DNA of 64,000 nucleotides from an uncultured delta proteobacterium (GCA_963755125.1 CAVWIP010000016.1:1-64000); one strand, 5' to 3'. Numbered from the stretch's first letter, positions 1-9,341 are shown. The notes: generated from the sequence alone by a model not told the origin. A program made the numbers and translations.

Positions 1-93
1 ATTGGCGCACGTCCTGGACACTAATCTTGTCCAGGAAGAAATCGCCAAAGGTCGGGAGAACATGCACGTCAAGGATGTCGGCGTATTGGTGCT

Positions 94-164
94 GAGTTAG
101 CTACCGAAAGCGGGTTCCCTTTGATCGGCGTACCCACTGTCGTCCACGCACCAGGGGGTATGTC
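94..164 (+). repeat. Dispersed ~75 bp non-coding element, copy A
   Basis: GAGTTAGCTA...CCCTTTGATCGGCGTACCCACTGTCGTCCACGCACCAGGG..GGTATGTC; closely matches 15878-15952 and more loosely the copies at 11384, 14124 and 19906. Confidence 0.7.
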
Positions 165-509
165 AACGGCGGCGGAAAAAATGAGAGCTACTTGATCCAG
201 AACGCGAGTGACGCGGGATTTCTGGCCAAGTTGAACATAATTCAGTGCGCCGCAGATCATGGTGTCGCCGGTCCGGCCCTCGTGAACAGGGACACCACCG
301 GACAACTGGGGAAGTCGTCTTCGAGGCGGCGGAAATGGAAGCAAGCGATCATCAGCCTACCAACCATGATCTGGTCCAGGACGCGATGTGATAAACTCTT
401 CCCGTGGTTGGCGCAGTCGGGCAGCACGACAGGATCGAAGCGGAAGTCTACCCGGTCCCGCTACCCACTTCTGCCTCAGCTGGTTTAGGCAACGCCATAT
501 TGGCTTGAG

Positions 510-1085
510 GTGAAGATGAACAGCGCTCTCAGCTCATTCCGACGGGTTCTGATTTCTGCGACTATGATGACGGTCTTCTGCGCGGGTTGCAACAATGGGC
601 CGGATTGCAACACAGGCAAGTCTTACGGTGGTACGCGTCCTGGGTCGGATGGAACCGTCACCTACGGGCAGCCGCCCATAAGTCAGCCGTTCGTCGGGGC
701 CGTGCCCGATCCGTCCTCCTACCCTTGCATGCAAGCGCCAGCCACATGCACAAGCGTTTCATTTGGGTGCAAGGGAGGTGGGCCGATCAATATCGACGTC
801 ACCGTCGCACCGTTCCAGAATGGGCAGGTCGTTACGTTGCCATCGCCGGACGTGACGGTGACAGCATCGCTCGACGACTCGGCTGCCGGCATTCCCTATG
901 ACGGTGGGTGGAACGAGAATCTCACTCTGCTCTCTGGCTCCCTCAATGTGACCGTGACACTTAACAACTTCGATGGCTACTTTGATATGACGTTTGCGAG
1001 ACCCAACGGCGGTTCCGTGGTGATTCAGAATGCGCGGGTCGCCATGCTCAATGCGACATGGACGGAAAACACGATCTGTTATTGA
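510..1085 (+). CDS. Putative lipoprotein, hypothetical
   Basis: 191 aa ORF; basic N-terminus, hydrophobic stretch, lipobox-like CAGC; GAGG just upstream. Confidence 0.7.
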   Translation: MKMNSALSSFRRVLISATMMTVFCAGCNNGPDCNTGKSYGGTRPGSDGTVTYGQPPISQPFVGAVPDPSSYPCMQAPATCTSVSFGCKGGGPINIDVTVAPFQNGQVVTLPSPDVTVTASLDDSAAGIPYDGGWNENLTLLSGSLNVTVTLNNFDGYFDMTFARPNGGSVVIQNARVAMLNATWTENTICY

Positions 1086-1366
1086 TGCTCAAATAGCGCC
1101 GCTACTGTCGGGTCAGGACCATGGTTCCCTGTGAGACGCCCGCCCCATTGCTCGGGGACGAGAGCCACAGTGATCTGGTTGCCTGAAACGCAGCAGGGGT
1201 CTTCGATAGGGGATGATCCGTTGTCGGTTGGTCAATCCCGCCGCAGGGGAATCGTGTGCGGAGTCAAGGAGGGATCGGGGAGAAACAGAGGGAATCCTGG
1301 CAGCTGGCGACGCTGCCGGTGACCTTGTCAAGATCGCGGAAGAGTGTAAAAGCCGAAACCGTATCC

Positions 1367-1693
1367 ATGACCAAAGCCGACCTCATCACCGTCATCGCCG
1401 ACAAGCTCAAGTTCCCTTGGGCACGTGCTGAGCTGCTGGTCGATGTGGTCTTCGACTGCATGGAGCAGTCAATGAGTCGCGGCGAGAAGATCGAAATTCG
1501 AGGCTTCGGCAGCTTCACCGTGCGCCAGTACTGCGCCTACAACGGTCGTAACCCGCGCAGCGGCCAAGTGGTCGCGGTCAGGCCGAAGCGCCTACCCCAC
1601 TTCAAGGTCAGTACGGAAGTCGCAACCCGAATCAACTATAGGCGCGGGAAAGAGGTGGAAGCAACTGTGCCCCCGGCCAGCTACTCAACCTGA
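1367..1693 (+). CDS. HU/IHF family DNA-binding protein (IHF-beta-like)
   Basis: MTKADLI...GEKIEIRGFGSF...GRNPRSG...KRLPHFK is the HU/IHF signature. Confidence 0.92.
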   Translation: MTKADLITVIADKLKFPWARAELLVDVVFDCMEQSMSRGEKIEIRGFGSFTVRQYCAYNGRNPRSGQVVAVRPKRLPHFKVSTEVATRINYRRGKEVEATVPPASYST

Positions 1694-1741
1694 GAACAGG
1701 AACGCAGGACACGACGTCATTGCAAGTTCAGGACGCGTGGC

Positions 1742-2848
1742 TCAGTGGCCGAATGTGCTCGCGCATTGCTGGTAGCAGGTATTGAAGGGACCGCCGACGC
1801 AATCGCAGTTCTCGCAGAATGCACAGCCGACGTCGCTGCATGAACTCACCTGGGCAAGACATTGAGTGACACATTCGATGGCAGGCCAGGTGCACACCCC
1901 ATCGAAGGTCGGGCCGCTGATGGCTGGACAGAGGCCCGCAACGCGAGCCTTTGCGTCCGCACAAGTGATGCCTGCGTCAGGATGCGGGGCACAGATGGGA
2001 CAACCGCAGGGTTCCGGATTCGGCAGGTAGCCATAAGTGCAGGCCATCGTCGGGCACATCACGTTACAGATCACCGGCGTGTCTGGCTTCCCGCCGTCCG
2101 TCGCTGCTCCACTATCCACCCTGGAAATCGGCGGGCAAACAGGACAGGTCAACGCGGAGCACATGACCGGTGGACACGTCGGAGGGGTGTCTGGACCGCC
2201 AGCATCCTTCGCCACACTTGCGTCAGGGGGCGGAGCGCAAACGGGACAAGTGCAAGGATCGGGATTCGGCAGGTACCCTCCCACACAGTCCAGCATCGGG
2301 CACGCAATCCGACAAGGTGGCGGCCCATCCGGCTTCCCACCGTCCACCGTCGTTCCACCGTCCACCGGAGCGCAGATGAGACAGCCGCAAGAGTCGGTGC
2401 TCAGTGCGTACCCGATCGAGCATGGTGGCCCCTCGATAGGACAATCGACTAGCTCACAGTACGACGGGTAGTCTGGACCTCCAGCGTCCTTTGCAATTCC
2501 GGCGTCAGGAGTCGCCACGCAGATCACGGCACATCCGCAGGGGTCGGGATTCGGCTGGAACTCTCCAGCACAGGCCGGCATGTGGCAGTCGATACGTGAG
2601 CACCCGCCTGTTCCTCCCGTGTTACCGCTCGCCCCAGCTATTCCAGCACCCCCGGCTCCACCGGTACCAATGGTGCCACCCGTGCCGCCGGTTGTTCCGC
2701 TGTCGATGGTGCTGCCAGCCTGGCCGCCCTTCACCACACCGCCCGCGCCTGCACTACTCCCTCTAGCCTTCAGACCGGAGCTGCTACACGCCAGACCCAC
2801 CAAGCCAGCCAGAACAAGTCCTACGCCGCATGTAGACATCTTGAACAT
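1742..2848 (-). CDS. Cys-rich repeat lipoprotein
   Basis: MFKMSTCGVGLVLAGLVGLAC signal; Gly/Thr linker; about five C-x3-C-x4-C-x2-GY-x-PNPDPCxCxxC-type repeats separated by DAG/DGG linkers; GGAGG RBS. Confidence 0.85.
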   Translation of the reverse strand: MFKMSTCGVGLVLAGLVGLACSSSGLKARGSSAGAGGVVKGGQAGSTIDSGTTGGTGGTIGTGGAGGAGIAGASGNTGGTGGCSRIDCHMPACAGEFQPNPDPCGCAVICVATPDAGIAKDAGGPDYPSYCELVDCPIEGPPCSIGYALSTDSCGCLICAPVDGGTTVDGGKPDGPPPCRIACPMLDCVGGYLPNPDPCTCPVCAPPPDASVAKDAGGPDTPPTCPPVMCSALTCPVCPPISRVDSGAATDGGKPDTPVICNVMCPTMACTYGYLPNPEPCGCPICAPHPDAGITCADAKARVAGLCPAISGPTFDGVCTWPAIECVTQCLAQVSSCSDVGCAFCENCDCVGGPFNTCYQQCASTFGH

Positions 2849-2872
2849 GGAGTCCTCCACTTGATCTACGGT

Positions 2873-2888
2873 AGCAATGTCCGTGCCC
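2873..2888 (-). promoter_or_regulatory. sigma54 -24/-12 promoter
   Basis: Minus strand GGGCACGGACATTGCT = GG-N10-GC with CACG and TT, just upstream of the RBS/ATG at 2848. Confidence 0.75.
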
Positions 2889-3065
2889 CAGCCTGGACCC
2901 GCTGATGGCGGACGGATTTTCCCCCAAACACGTGGAGATGGGCACTGGCAGCAGGGGTGAGACCATGGCCATGGAGTCCGCCAGCCCTCAGAATTCTGAG
3001 CCTGCGCAGCATCTGCATCAGCGTTGTTGCGGGAGAATCGCCCGTCCAGGCGCAGCGCCAGATTG

Positions 3066-3081
3066 CGGCACGTAATTTGCT
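3066..3081 (+). promoter_or_regulatory. sigma54 -24/-12 promoter
   Basis: CGGCACGTAATTTGCT upstream of GGAGG and ATG 3106. Confidence 0.75.
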
Positions 3082-3105
3082 GCCGTCGAACACACGGAGG
3101 CCCCC

Positions 3106-4130
3106 ATGTTCAAGATGCCAACCGGTGTTGCAGCCCTTGTCGTAGCTGGCTTGGCGTGCCTGGCGTGCACCGACGGGTCCAGTCTGAAGTCTCGTGGGGG
3201 CAGCGGTAACGGCGGGCAGGCGGGATCGAACACCAGCAGCATCGGCGGTCAGACCGTTCCTGCTTCGGGCGGGAGTGGCACTGGCGGGCAAGGTGACTGC
3301 ATCTCACTTATCGATCCGACTTGCCCGCTACGATGAAAGTGCGGGCTGCTATGCAAACGACGATGAAACTCTTGCAGACTCGCTTTGATCACAGGTTTGA
3401 CCTGCGTGGCCCCGAACCGGGCAACCCCGGGGTCCAGTATGCGACGGTGCCACCGTCCGCCACGATTTGAACGCAGCCAATCGCACGGTGGAGACAACCT
3501 TGTGGTGTTGTGCCACGGCGCCATCCTGTCTCTCGACTGCAACAGACGCAGCCGCGCCTGATGCAGATGGGGTAGCCAACCCGGATGGCTCGCCCACGCG
3601 CATACCGCTCCTCCATCGCCCTGCCGGCAGCACCTGCCCATCAGAACGCGCCCCCGGTCCCCTCCAATGCGACTGCGAAGGCTCTGATGGTGGTTGTTCA
3701 TGTCGCATCGGCGAGTGTGGCCAAGATTCGGACTGCTCGGCGGGTACCAACGGTCGCTGCCTAGAACTGGGCCCCGCCGTGTACGCGTACTGCGTCTACG
3801 ACACGTGTTTCAGCGATTCGGACTGTCCCAGCAACCAGCCGTGCAACTGCCGCGCGTCAGCGTCGGATTACACGGCGAATACGTGTCTCACAGGGAGCAA
3901 CTGCCGCGTCGACTCAGACTGCGGACCAAGCGGCTACTGTTCGCCCAGCCAAGTCGGCGTTCTCTGCCAATGCTCGTGCAACCCCGTAGTGTCAGACGGC
4001 GGCTGCTACGAGCACGCACCGGATGGCACCTGGACGCAAGTTCCCTGCTCTTGCGGGGATTGCGGTCATGGCTACTTCTGCCACACACCCCAGGACACCT
4101 GCTTGAACGACAGCGATTGCGCCAACGGGG
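3106..4130 (+). pseudogene. Frameshifted Cys-rich lipoprotein (paralog of 6552-7787), 3' end fused to the istA remnant
   Basis: MFKMPTG...LAC leader stops at 3336; the HR..C..R.PG...GTNGRC...YDTCFSDSDC...NCRVDSDCGPSGYCSPS...CHT domain lies in ORF 3467 and runs into transposase sequence at ~4131. Confidence 0.75.
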
Positions 4131-5008
4131 ATGCGCGCCAGCTCTTTGCGGACACGGCGCGCGTGCGGCATCCCAAGGACAAGGCCCGCGTCGAAAATCA
4201 GGTACCGTACGTGCGCGAGCGCTGGTTTGCCGGCGAAGCTTTCAGCCCCGACCTTGTGGAGATCCGCCGGCAGGCGGAGGCGTGGTGCCGGGAGGTGGCG
4301 GGTGCGCGCGTGCATGGGACGACAAGGCGTGTGCCGCGCGAGGTGTACGAAGCCGAGGAGCGAGCGCACATGCAGCCAGCACCCGAGGGCGAGTACGACG
4401 TGCCTCACTGGTGCTCTCCCAAAGTGCACCCTGACCACCACGTGCAGGTGCTCAAGGCGCTTTACTCGGTGCCCACGCGCTACATCGGCAAGATCGTCGA
4501 GGCACGGGCCGACCGCAAGACGGTTCGACTGTATTTGGGGGCCGAGCTGATCAAGGTGCATGCGCGCAAGGCCCCGGGCCAGCGCTCGACCGATCCGCAG
4601 GACTTCCCGCCAGGGAAGGCGGCGTGGGCGCTGCGCGATGTGGACAGCGTCGTACGCCGAGCCCGTGGGTACGGCGAGAAGGTCGGTCAATTTGCCCAGC
4701 GCCTGCTCGAAGGTCCTGTGCCCTGGCTCAAGCTGCGGCAAGCCTACGGGCTTTTGCGCCTCTGCGAGCGATACGGGCAGGACCGGGTCAATGCCTTGTG
4801 CGAGCGCGCGCTCGCCTTCGATGTGATCGCGGTGCCGCGTATCGAGGGAATGCTCAAGGATGCCCGTCGGACCGAGGAGGCCGCTGTCGCCACGGGCCGC
4901 GTGATCGTGTTACCCGCACGCTTCGCTCGCGACGCAGCCACTTTCGCCACCCGTGCAACTGTCCCGCCCGATGGCCAGACAAACACGGAGTCGGGAGGTG
5001 AGTCATGA
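4131..5008 (+). pseudogene. istA: IS21 transposase IstA, C-terminal part only
   Basis: ARVRHPKDKARVENQVPYVRE...RVHGTT...KVHPDHHVQV...YSVP; the N-terminal HTH and the first part of the DDE domain are absent. Confidence 0.88.
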
Positions 5009-5835
5009 GTGCCCGCACCATCAGCCCCGACCTGGTCGCCTCGCTCAAGCGGCTCCGCTTGGGCGGCCTCATTCCTACGCTGCCCGAACGCTTCACCCTC
5101 GCGGAAAAGGAGGACACCCCCTACGAGGACCTCCTGCTTCTGCTGCTCACCGACGAGATCTCCCGTCGGGACAGTAACGCCGCCCTCCGTCGTGCGGACC
5201 AGGCCGGCCTCGATCCGGACATGGTGCTTGAGCGGTGGGACAAGACCGCGAAGGTGACCTACGACCGACGGGTGCTCAATGAGCTGGTCTCACTCCGCTT
5301 TGTCGAGGACCATCGCAACGTCGTGATCCTCGGCCCGGTGGGAGTGGGCAAGACCTTTCTCTCGAACGCGCTCGGGCACCTGTGCTGTCGTGCCGGCTTC
5401 AATGTGCGGCTGTCGCGGGCCGACGCACTCCTGCGCCTCTTCAAGCAGAGCCGCATGGACAATTCCAGGGAAGCCCTGATGACCCAACTGGCCACCGTCG
5501 ACGTGCTCATCATCGACGACTTTGCGCTCGAACCCATGAATCGCGAGGAGAGCCGCGACATCTACCAGCTCTTTGTCGAGCGTAATGCCCGTGCTTCCAC
5601 GATTGTGACCAGCAATCGCGACACAGTCGAGTGGATCGCCACTTTCGACGATGCCCTTTTGGCCCAGAGTGCCGTCGATCGTTTCAAGAACAACGCCTTC
5701 GACCTCGTCGTCGATGGCGAGTCCTATCGGTCACGGCTCAAACCCAGCATCGACAAGCTGCCACCTCCGCCTGCGGCTCCGGTGAAGAAGGTGCCCATCC
5801 ATCCGCGTACCAAAGCTGCGGCCCGCCGCCGATGA
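5005..5835 (+). CDS. istB: IS21 helper ATPase IstB
   Basis: Walker A GPVGVGKT, Walker B LIIDDF, TSNR, AVDR; ATGA overlap with the istA stop. Confidence 0.95.
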   Translation: MSARTISPDLVASLKRLRLGGLIPTLPERFTLAEKEDTPYEDLLLLLLTDEISRRDSNAALRRADQAGLDPDMVLERWDKTAKVTYDRRVLNELVSLRFVEDHRNVVILGPVGVGKTFLSNALGHLCCRAGFNVRLSRADALLRLFKQSRMDNSREALMTQLATVDVLIIDDFALEPMNREESRDIYQLFVERNARASTIVTSNRDTVEWIATFDDALLAQSAVDRFKNNAFDLVVDGESYRSRLKPSIDKLPPPPAAPVKKVPIHPRTKAAARRR

Positions 5836-5933
5836 CACCACCGCGCACGTCGGGCCCCTGCCGGGGCCCTCCGGGGTCGACCTAAAGGCCAATCTGTGGC
5901 ATGAGATCAGCCGGTCCTTCGATGCCCGTCACC

Positions 5934-5983
5934 TGGCCCCATGACCCTGGCGAGACGTGGCCCCATCATCCTGGCGAGTGACA
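5934..5983. repeat. IS21 right terminal repeat region
   Basis: TGGCCCCATGACCCTGGCGAG (5934) and TGGCCCCATCATCCTGGCGAG (5958), then TGACA. Confidence 0.8.
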
Positions 5984-6294
5984 CAACTGTCATACGTGCA
6001 CCCGCATCCCGCCGGGCCGAGGGACCCGGTGCACCGTCCGTTGATCCCGGCATCCCCGCAATCGCCGTCGCTTGAGCATGCCCATTGGGATGGGTACGTG
6101 GAAGTCGGACAGTTGCCATTGCAAGAGCAGGTCCCCGCTGGCGCAGCTTGCGTGCACTCGATGTCGCTCGCCCGGTGGTTTGTTGGTACGCGCCCCAGGA
6201 TAGCGCCGTCGGAAGGTGCCGAACCGGACTGGTTGCTACACGCCACCAAGCCAGCCAGAAGAAGTCCTACGCCGCATGTAGACATCTTGAACAT
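5984..6294 (-). pseudogene. Cys-rich lipoprotein interrupted by IS21
   Basis: MFKMSTCGVGLLLAGLVAC...HRAS..C...GINGRC...CTYDSC then runs directly into the IS right end. Confidence 0.85.
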
Positions 6295-6318
6295 GGAGTC
6301 CTCCACTTGATCTGCGGT

Positions 6319-6334
6319 AGCAATCTCCGTGCCC
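6319..6334 (-). promoter_or_regulatory. sigma54 -24/-12 promoter
   Basis: Minus strand GGGCACGGAGATTGCT. Confidence 0.75.
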
Positions 6335-6511
6335 CAGTGTAACACCGCTGATGGTGGACCGATCTTCTCGAAGACACGTGCAGATGGGCGCTGGCAGCAG
6401 GGGTGAGATCATGGCCATGGAGTCGGTCAACCCTCAAAATTCTGAGCCTGCACTGAATCTGCCTCCGCATTCTTGCGAGAGAATTAGCCGTACAGCCGTA
6501 GTGCTAGACTC

Positions 6512-6527
6512 CGGCACGCAAATTGCT
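6512..6527 (+). promoter_or_regulatory. sigma54 -24/-12 promoter
   Basis: CGGCACGCAAATTGCT upstream of ATG 6552. Confidence 0.75.
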
Positions 6528-6551
6528 GCCGTTGATCATGTGGAGAACTCC

Positions 6552-7787
6552 ATGTGCAAGATGTCAATGGTCGTCGTAGTCATTCTTGGAGCTGGTCTGG
6601 TGGGATTGGCGTGCACCGACGGGTCCGGTCTGAATCCTCGTGGGAGCACAGGAGGCGCTGGGGGAGAGGCGAAGGGCGGGCAATCAGGCGGCGGCGTGAC
6701 TGGTGGTTCGGGTGGAATGATCGGTGTCGGCGGAGTCGAGGCTGGCGGAACCGGCGGTACCACTGGCTCTGGCGGTATGACCGGCGCGGGTGCCATGGTC
6801 AGCACAGGCGGCACGAAGTCGACCGGTGGAACAACGGCCGCCGGCGGCAGCAGTGGCTCTGGCGGCGTAGCCAGTAGCGGTGGAACCACAACAACTGGCG
6901 GAACGAACAGAACCGGCGGGACGAGTGCGACAGGTGGAACGAACGCGAGCGGTGGAACAACTGGCGCGGGCGGCGTAACCAGCAGCGATGGAAACAGAAC
7001 GGCTGGGGGAACGATCGGGACCGGGGGAACGAGTGCGACAGGTGGAACGAACGCGAGCGGCGGAACGAACGGGACTGGTACAGGGTGCGCGCCGGGCTGG
7101 ACGCTCTGCTGCGGTCAGTGCCTCAGTCCCTCGGCTGGCCTCTGCGGGCCGTGCCTGGCATCGGGCGGTGCGAGCGCGACCGGTGGGACCCCGAGCAGCG
7201 GCGGCATTGGCTCCGGTGGAAATGGCAGCGGTAAGGTTCCCCTCCAACACCGGAGCACGTCTGCGTCCTGCCCCTCGCAGCGCGGTCCTGGACCGTCTTG
7301 CGTTGATACACCGTGCTCTAGCTGTTCCTCCGACTCCCAGTGCACAGACGGAGTGAACGGCCGCTGCTTCCCCTGGGAAGGCCTGGTCTCACAAGGTGGA
7401 TGTTCGTACGACGAGTGCTTCACCGACTCGAATTGTGGAGCGAGGACACCCTGCCTTTGTCGTAGCTCGTCCACGGACAACAGCGCGAATATGTGTGACA
7501 TTGGAGGCAATTGCGCCGTGGACTCGGATTGCGGCCCAGGCGGATATTGCTCACCCTCGATGGAGACCTGCTACTCTACAAATCCCGAAGCCGAGGTCGA
7601 GGGCAGGAACTATGGCGGTCCGAACCCCTACTATTGCCATACGGCATCGGACCTCTGCATCAACGACTCGGACTGCGCTCCGGTCGATGCGGGGACGGTC
7701 GCGAACCCCTTGACATACACGCCCTGCGCTTACAACGTGCAAAACACTCGCTGGGAGTGCACCCAGTTCACTTGCGGTCTTCCGTGA
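6552..7787 (+). CDS. Lipoprotein with long Gly/Thr/Ser linker and C-terminal Cys-rich domain
   Basis: MCKMSMVVVVILGAGLVGLAC; xxTGG repeats; HRS..C...GVNGRC...YDECFTDSNC...NCAVDSDCGPGGYCSPS...CHT domain. Confidence 0.85.
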   Translation: MCKMSMVVVVILGAGLVGLACTDGSGLNPRGSTGGAGGEAKGGQSGGGVTGGSGGMIGVGGVEAGGTGGTTGSGGMTGAGAMVSTGGTKSTGGTTAAGGSSGSGGVASSGGTTTTGGTNRTGGTSATGGTNASGGTTGAGGVTSSDGNRTAGGTIGTGGTSATGGTNASGGTNGTGTGCAPGWTLCCGQCLSPSAGLCGPCLASGGASATGGTPSSGGIGSGGNGSGKVPLQHRSTSASCPSQRGPGPSCVDTPCSSCSSDSQCTDGVNGRCFPWEGLVSQGGCSYDECFTDSNCGARTPCLCRSSSTDNSANMCDIGGNCAVDSDCGPGGYCSPSMETCYSTNPEAEVEGRNYGGPNPYYCHTASDLCINDSDCAPVDAGTVANPLTYTPCAYNVQNTRWECTQFTCGLP

Positions 7788-7878
7788 CCCTCTTCGTTTG
7801 GCGGCGGCACGGGTCCGAACAGTTCACCTTCGAGAAGGCACCGCCACCTTGCCAGAAGCACTGGACCAGACTCGGCCT

Positions 7879-7894
7879 TGGCCTCGAACTTGCT
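7879..7894 (+). promoter_or_regulatory. Possible sigma54 -24/-12 promoter
   Basis: TGGCCTCGAACTTGCT (GG-N10-GC) about 30 nt before the serpin ATG. Confidence 0.55.
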
Positions 7895-7925
7895 GATATC
7901 CTGCCCACTTGATCCGGAGGAAGCC

Positions 7926-9341
7926 ATGACTCGATGGATTCGACCTGGGACCGGTTGTTGTGTTCTTCCCGCGCTTTTCTTCACCGCGCTTGCTGGGTGT
8001 GGTTCAAGCAACTCAAAACCCGCGCCCATCACCACCACCCCCGATGCCTCTTTTCCTTCGGACGCCGTAGGTGTGGCTGACACCACGCCTGTTCCGGTGG
8101 GAACAGTTGATGCTGGATCTGCCCCGGACATCGTCACCGCCATGTCTTCCGTCCAGCGCATCGCCGATCCACAGGTGCCGCCGGCTGACACCACCACCCT
8201 GGCTTCCGACAACGCCGCTTTTGCGTTTGCTGCCTACCAACAGCTCATCACCGCGAACACCAACCTGGTCTTCTCACCAGCCAGCATCTCCATCGCCCTT
8301 GCCATGACCTATGCTGGCGCGGCAACCACGACAGCGACCGAGATGGCCAGCGCACTTCACTTCACCCTGCCACCCGCGCAGTTGCACCCGGCGTTCAATG
8401 CTCTGGACCAGACTCTGGCCTCACGTGGTCAGGGCTTCCTGGGCGGTGATGGTCGCCCCATGCAGGTAGACATCGTCAACGCGCTTTGGGCCGAGAAGAC
8501 CTATACCTTCAGGTCTGACTTCCTCGACACTCTGGCGGAGAACTATGGCGCGGGCGTGAACCTGCTCGACTTCTTCAATGCTCCCGATCCATCGCGTCTG
8601 ACCATCAACGCATGGGTGGCCAACCAGACTGACGACAAGATTCAGAATCTGTTGCCGCCCAGCTCTATCGATAGCTCGACAGAGCTGGTTCTCACCGATG
8701 CGGTCTACTTCAATGCTGCATGGAACGCCCCGTTTGACGCGAACAATACCCACGACGGCCCATTCACTCGTCTCGAGGGCAACACCGTGACTGTGAGTTT
8801 CATGAACGCACAGCTCCCCCTCCCTGCAACCAAGGGGACGAACTACGTAGCCGCGTCCCTGCCCTACGCCGACACGCGGCTCTCGCTGGTGGTGGTGGTG
8901 CCTGATGCTGGCCAGTTCAGCCAGGTCGAATCCTCTCTGAACGCAACCACGCTGGCGACGCTGGTGGCGGGTTTGATCAGCCAGCCGGTTATTCTCACGC
9001 TTCCCCGCTTCAAGGTCGAGACAGCGACGAGTTTGAAGCTACTCCTCCAGGCCCTGGGCATGACATCGGCCTTCATCAATGGCACTGCCGATTTCTCGGG
9101 TATGGATGGCACGCAAACCCTGTTCATCTCGGATGTCTTCCACGACGCCTTCATCAATGTTGCGGAAAAGGGTACCGAAGCCGCAGCCGCCACAGCAGTC
9201 GTCATAGATGCAGACGGCGGCGTCGCCCTCTTCATGGGGCTACCGGTCGATGCGACCCGTCCCTTCATCTATTTCCTGTATGACCAGCCCACCGGTGCCA
9301 TCCTGTTCATGGGCCGGGTTCAAGATCCTAGCCAGAACTGA
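7926..9341 (+). CDS. Serpin family lipoprotein
   Basis: NLVFSPASISIALAM, INAWV, AVYFNAAW, hinge EKGTEAAAAT, RPFIYF...ILFMGRV; lipobox LAGC. Confidence 0.95.
   Translation: MTRWIRPGTGCCVLPALFFTALAGCGSSNSKPAPITTTPDASFPSDAVGVADTTPVPVGTVDAGSAPDIVTAMSSVQRIADPQVPPADTTTLASDNAAFAFAAYQQLITANTNLVFSPASISIALAMTYAGAATTTATEMASALHFTLPPAQLHPAFNALDQTLASRGQGFLGGDGRPMQVDIVNALWAEKTYTFRSDFLDTLAENYGAGVNLLDFFNAPDPSRLTINAWVANQTDDKIQNLLPPSSIDSSTELVLTDAVYFNAAWNAPFDANNTHDGPFTRLEGNTVTVSFMNAQLPLPATKGTNYVAASLPYADTRLSLVVVVPDAGQFSQVESSLNATTLATLVAGLISQPVILTLPRFKVETATSLKLLLQALGMTSAFINGTADFSGMDGTQTLFISDVFHDAFINVAEKGTEAAAATAVVIDADGGVALFMGLPVDATRPFIYFLYDQPTGAILFMGRVQDPSQN

Larger units (their letters stand above)
2783..3197. 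repeat. Bidirectional promoter/leader module, copy 1
   Basis: Colinear with 6235-6644, including both divergent signal-peptide starts. Confidence 0.9.
4131..5983 (+). mobile_element. IS21-family element, left part deleted
   Basis: 3' part of istA, intact istB, and a right end with two tandem ~21 bp boxes ending ...GAGTGACA; no left IR seen. Confidence 0.9.
6235..6644. repeat. Bidirectional promoter/leader module, copy 2
   Basis: Direct, diverged copy of 2783-3197. Confidence 0.9.

Noticed and set aside
161..190. TGTCAACGGCGGCGGAAAAAATG as an IS21-type terminal repeat
   Set aside because: It only resembles such ends; there is no partner end or transposase, it differs from the IR at 5934-5983, and it overlaps repeat copy A.
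192..488. ORFs 69-344 and 192-488
   Set aside because: No recognisable motif or RBS; probably decayed sequence.
3467..5008. 513 aa ORF as a genuine evolved protein
   Set aside because: TTG start with no leader; it is a chimera of two truncated genes.
5852..5869. GGGCCCC-TGCC-GGGGCCC hairpin after istB as an intrinsic terminator
   Set aside because: No U-rich tail, and short GC hairpins are common at this composition.
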